This document shows, piece after piece, positions 63,680-64,000 of a DNA stretch of 64,000 bases. Location: assembly GCA_001244265.2 (NCBI GenBank), contig LN717261.1, positions 2,123,591 through 2,187,590 of the forward strand, given 5' to 3'. The DNA comes from Microbotryum violaceum (Eukaryota). The notes under the pieces are model-generated. The model was not told the origin of the DNA and ran no database searches. It saw only the letters and a list, made by a program, of their open reading frames with translations. The number at the start of each line of letters is the position of its first letter. The first letter of the stretch is position 1. The position numbers and the translations under genes are program-made.

Positions 63680-64000
63680 TTTTACCCTGTTCTCTGGAGG
63701 TGGACTGATTTGTCGTGATTTGGCAAAGGCAGGGCTCGGCAAAGAACTGTGTGGGACCGGACCGGAACGCTCTCGCTCGAGCCTTTCCCGTTAACGATGT
63801 TGTTGCTGGTCTTCAGACCTCCGAGACGTCGTGCAACTACCAGCCTTTCCCGTCGTTGCTGATCTTCAGACCTCCAAGACGTCGTGCAACTATCAGTATT
63901 CTTTCTGTTGTCCATCTGTAGCAATGCAGCAGCAGGTCGAGCACCATGTCGTTGATGTGATCCACGCCCAATTTTGCTCGCTCTCGGAAGTTTGCTCGCT

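Overview
Eukaryotic (basidiomycete, most likely Pucciniomycotina; Microbotryum-like by inference only) genomic DNA. Only three clear host genes are present, clustered at 42.9-50.3 kb: spliced RAT1/XRN2 and a divergent HD2/HD1 homeodomain mating-type pair. The rest is mostly nested, decayed transposons: five Ty1/Copia-type elements, Ty3/Gypsy pieces and solo LTRs, a Ngaro-type tyrosine-recombinase retroelement, Zisupton-like and Helitron remnants, LINE 3' ends, an 8.9-kb element with ~1.2-kb TIRs, and an AT-rich probable mitochondrial insert. The most striking pattern: six dissimilar LTR families (Copia and Gypsy) each carry a short GT-AG intron-like segment whose 3' end is a direct repeat of the sequence just before the donor. 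Two elements have lost this segment precisely from the 5' LTR only. This suggests a way for retrotransposons to keep an intron through reverse transcription. Also notable is a miniature LTR element whose LTRs contain a tRNA-like cloverleaf.
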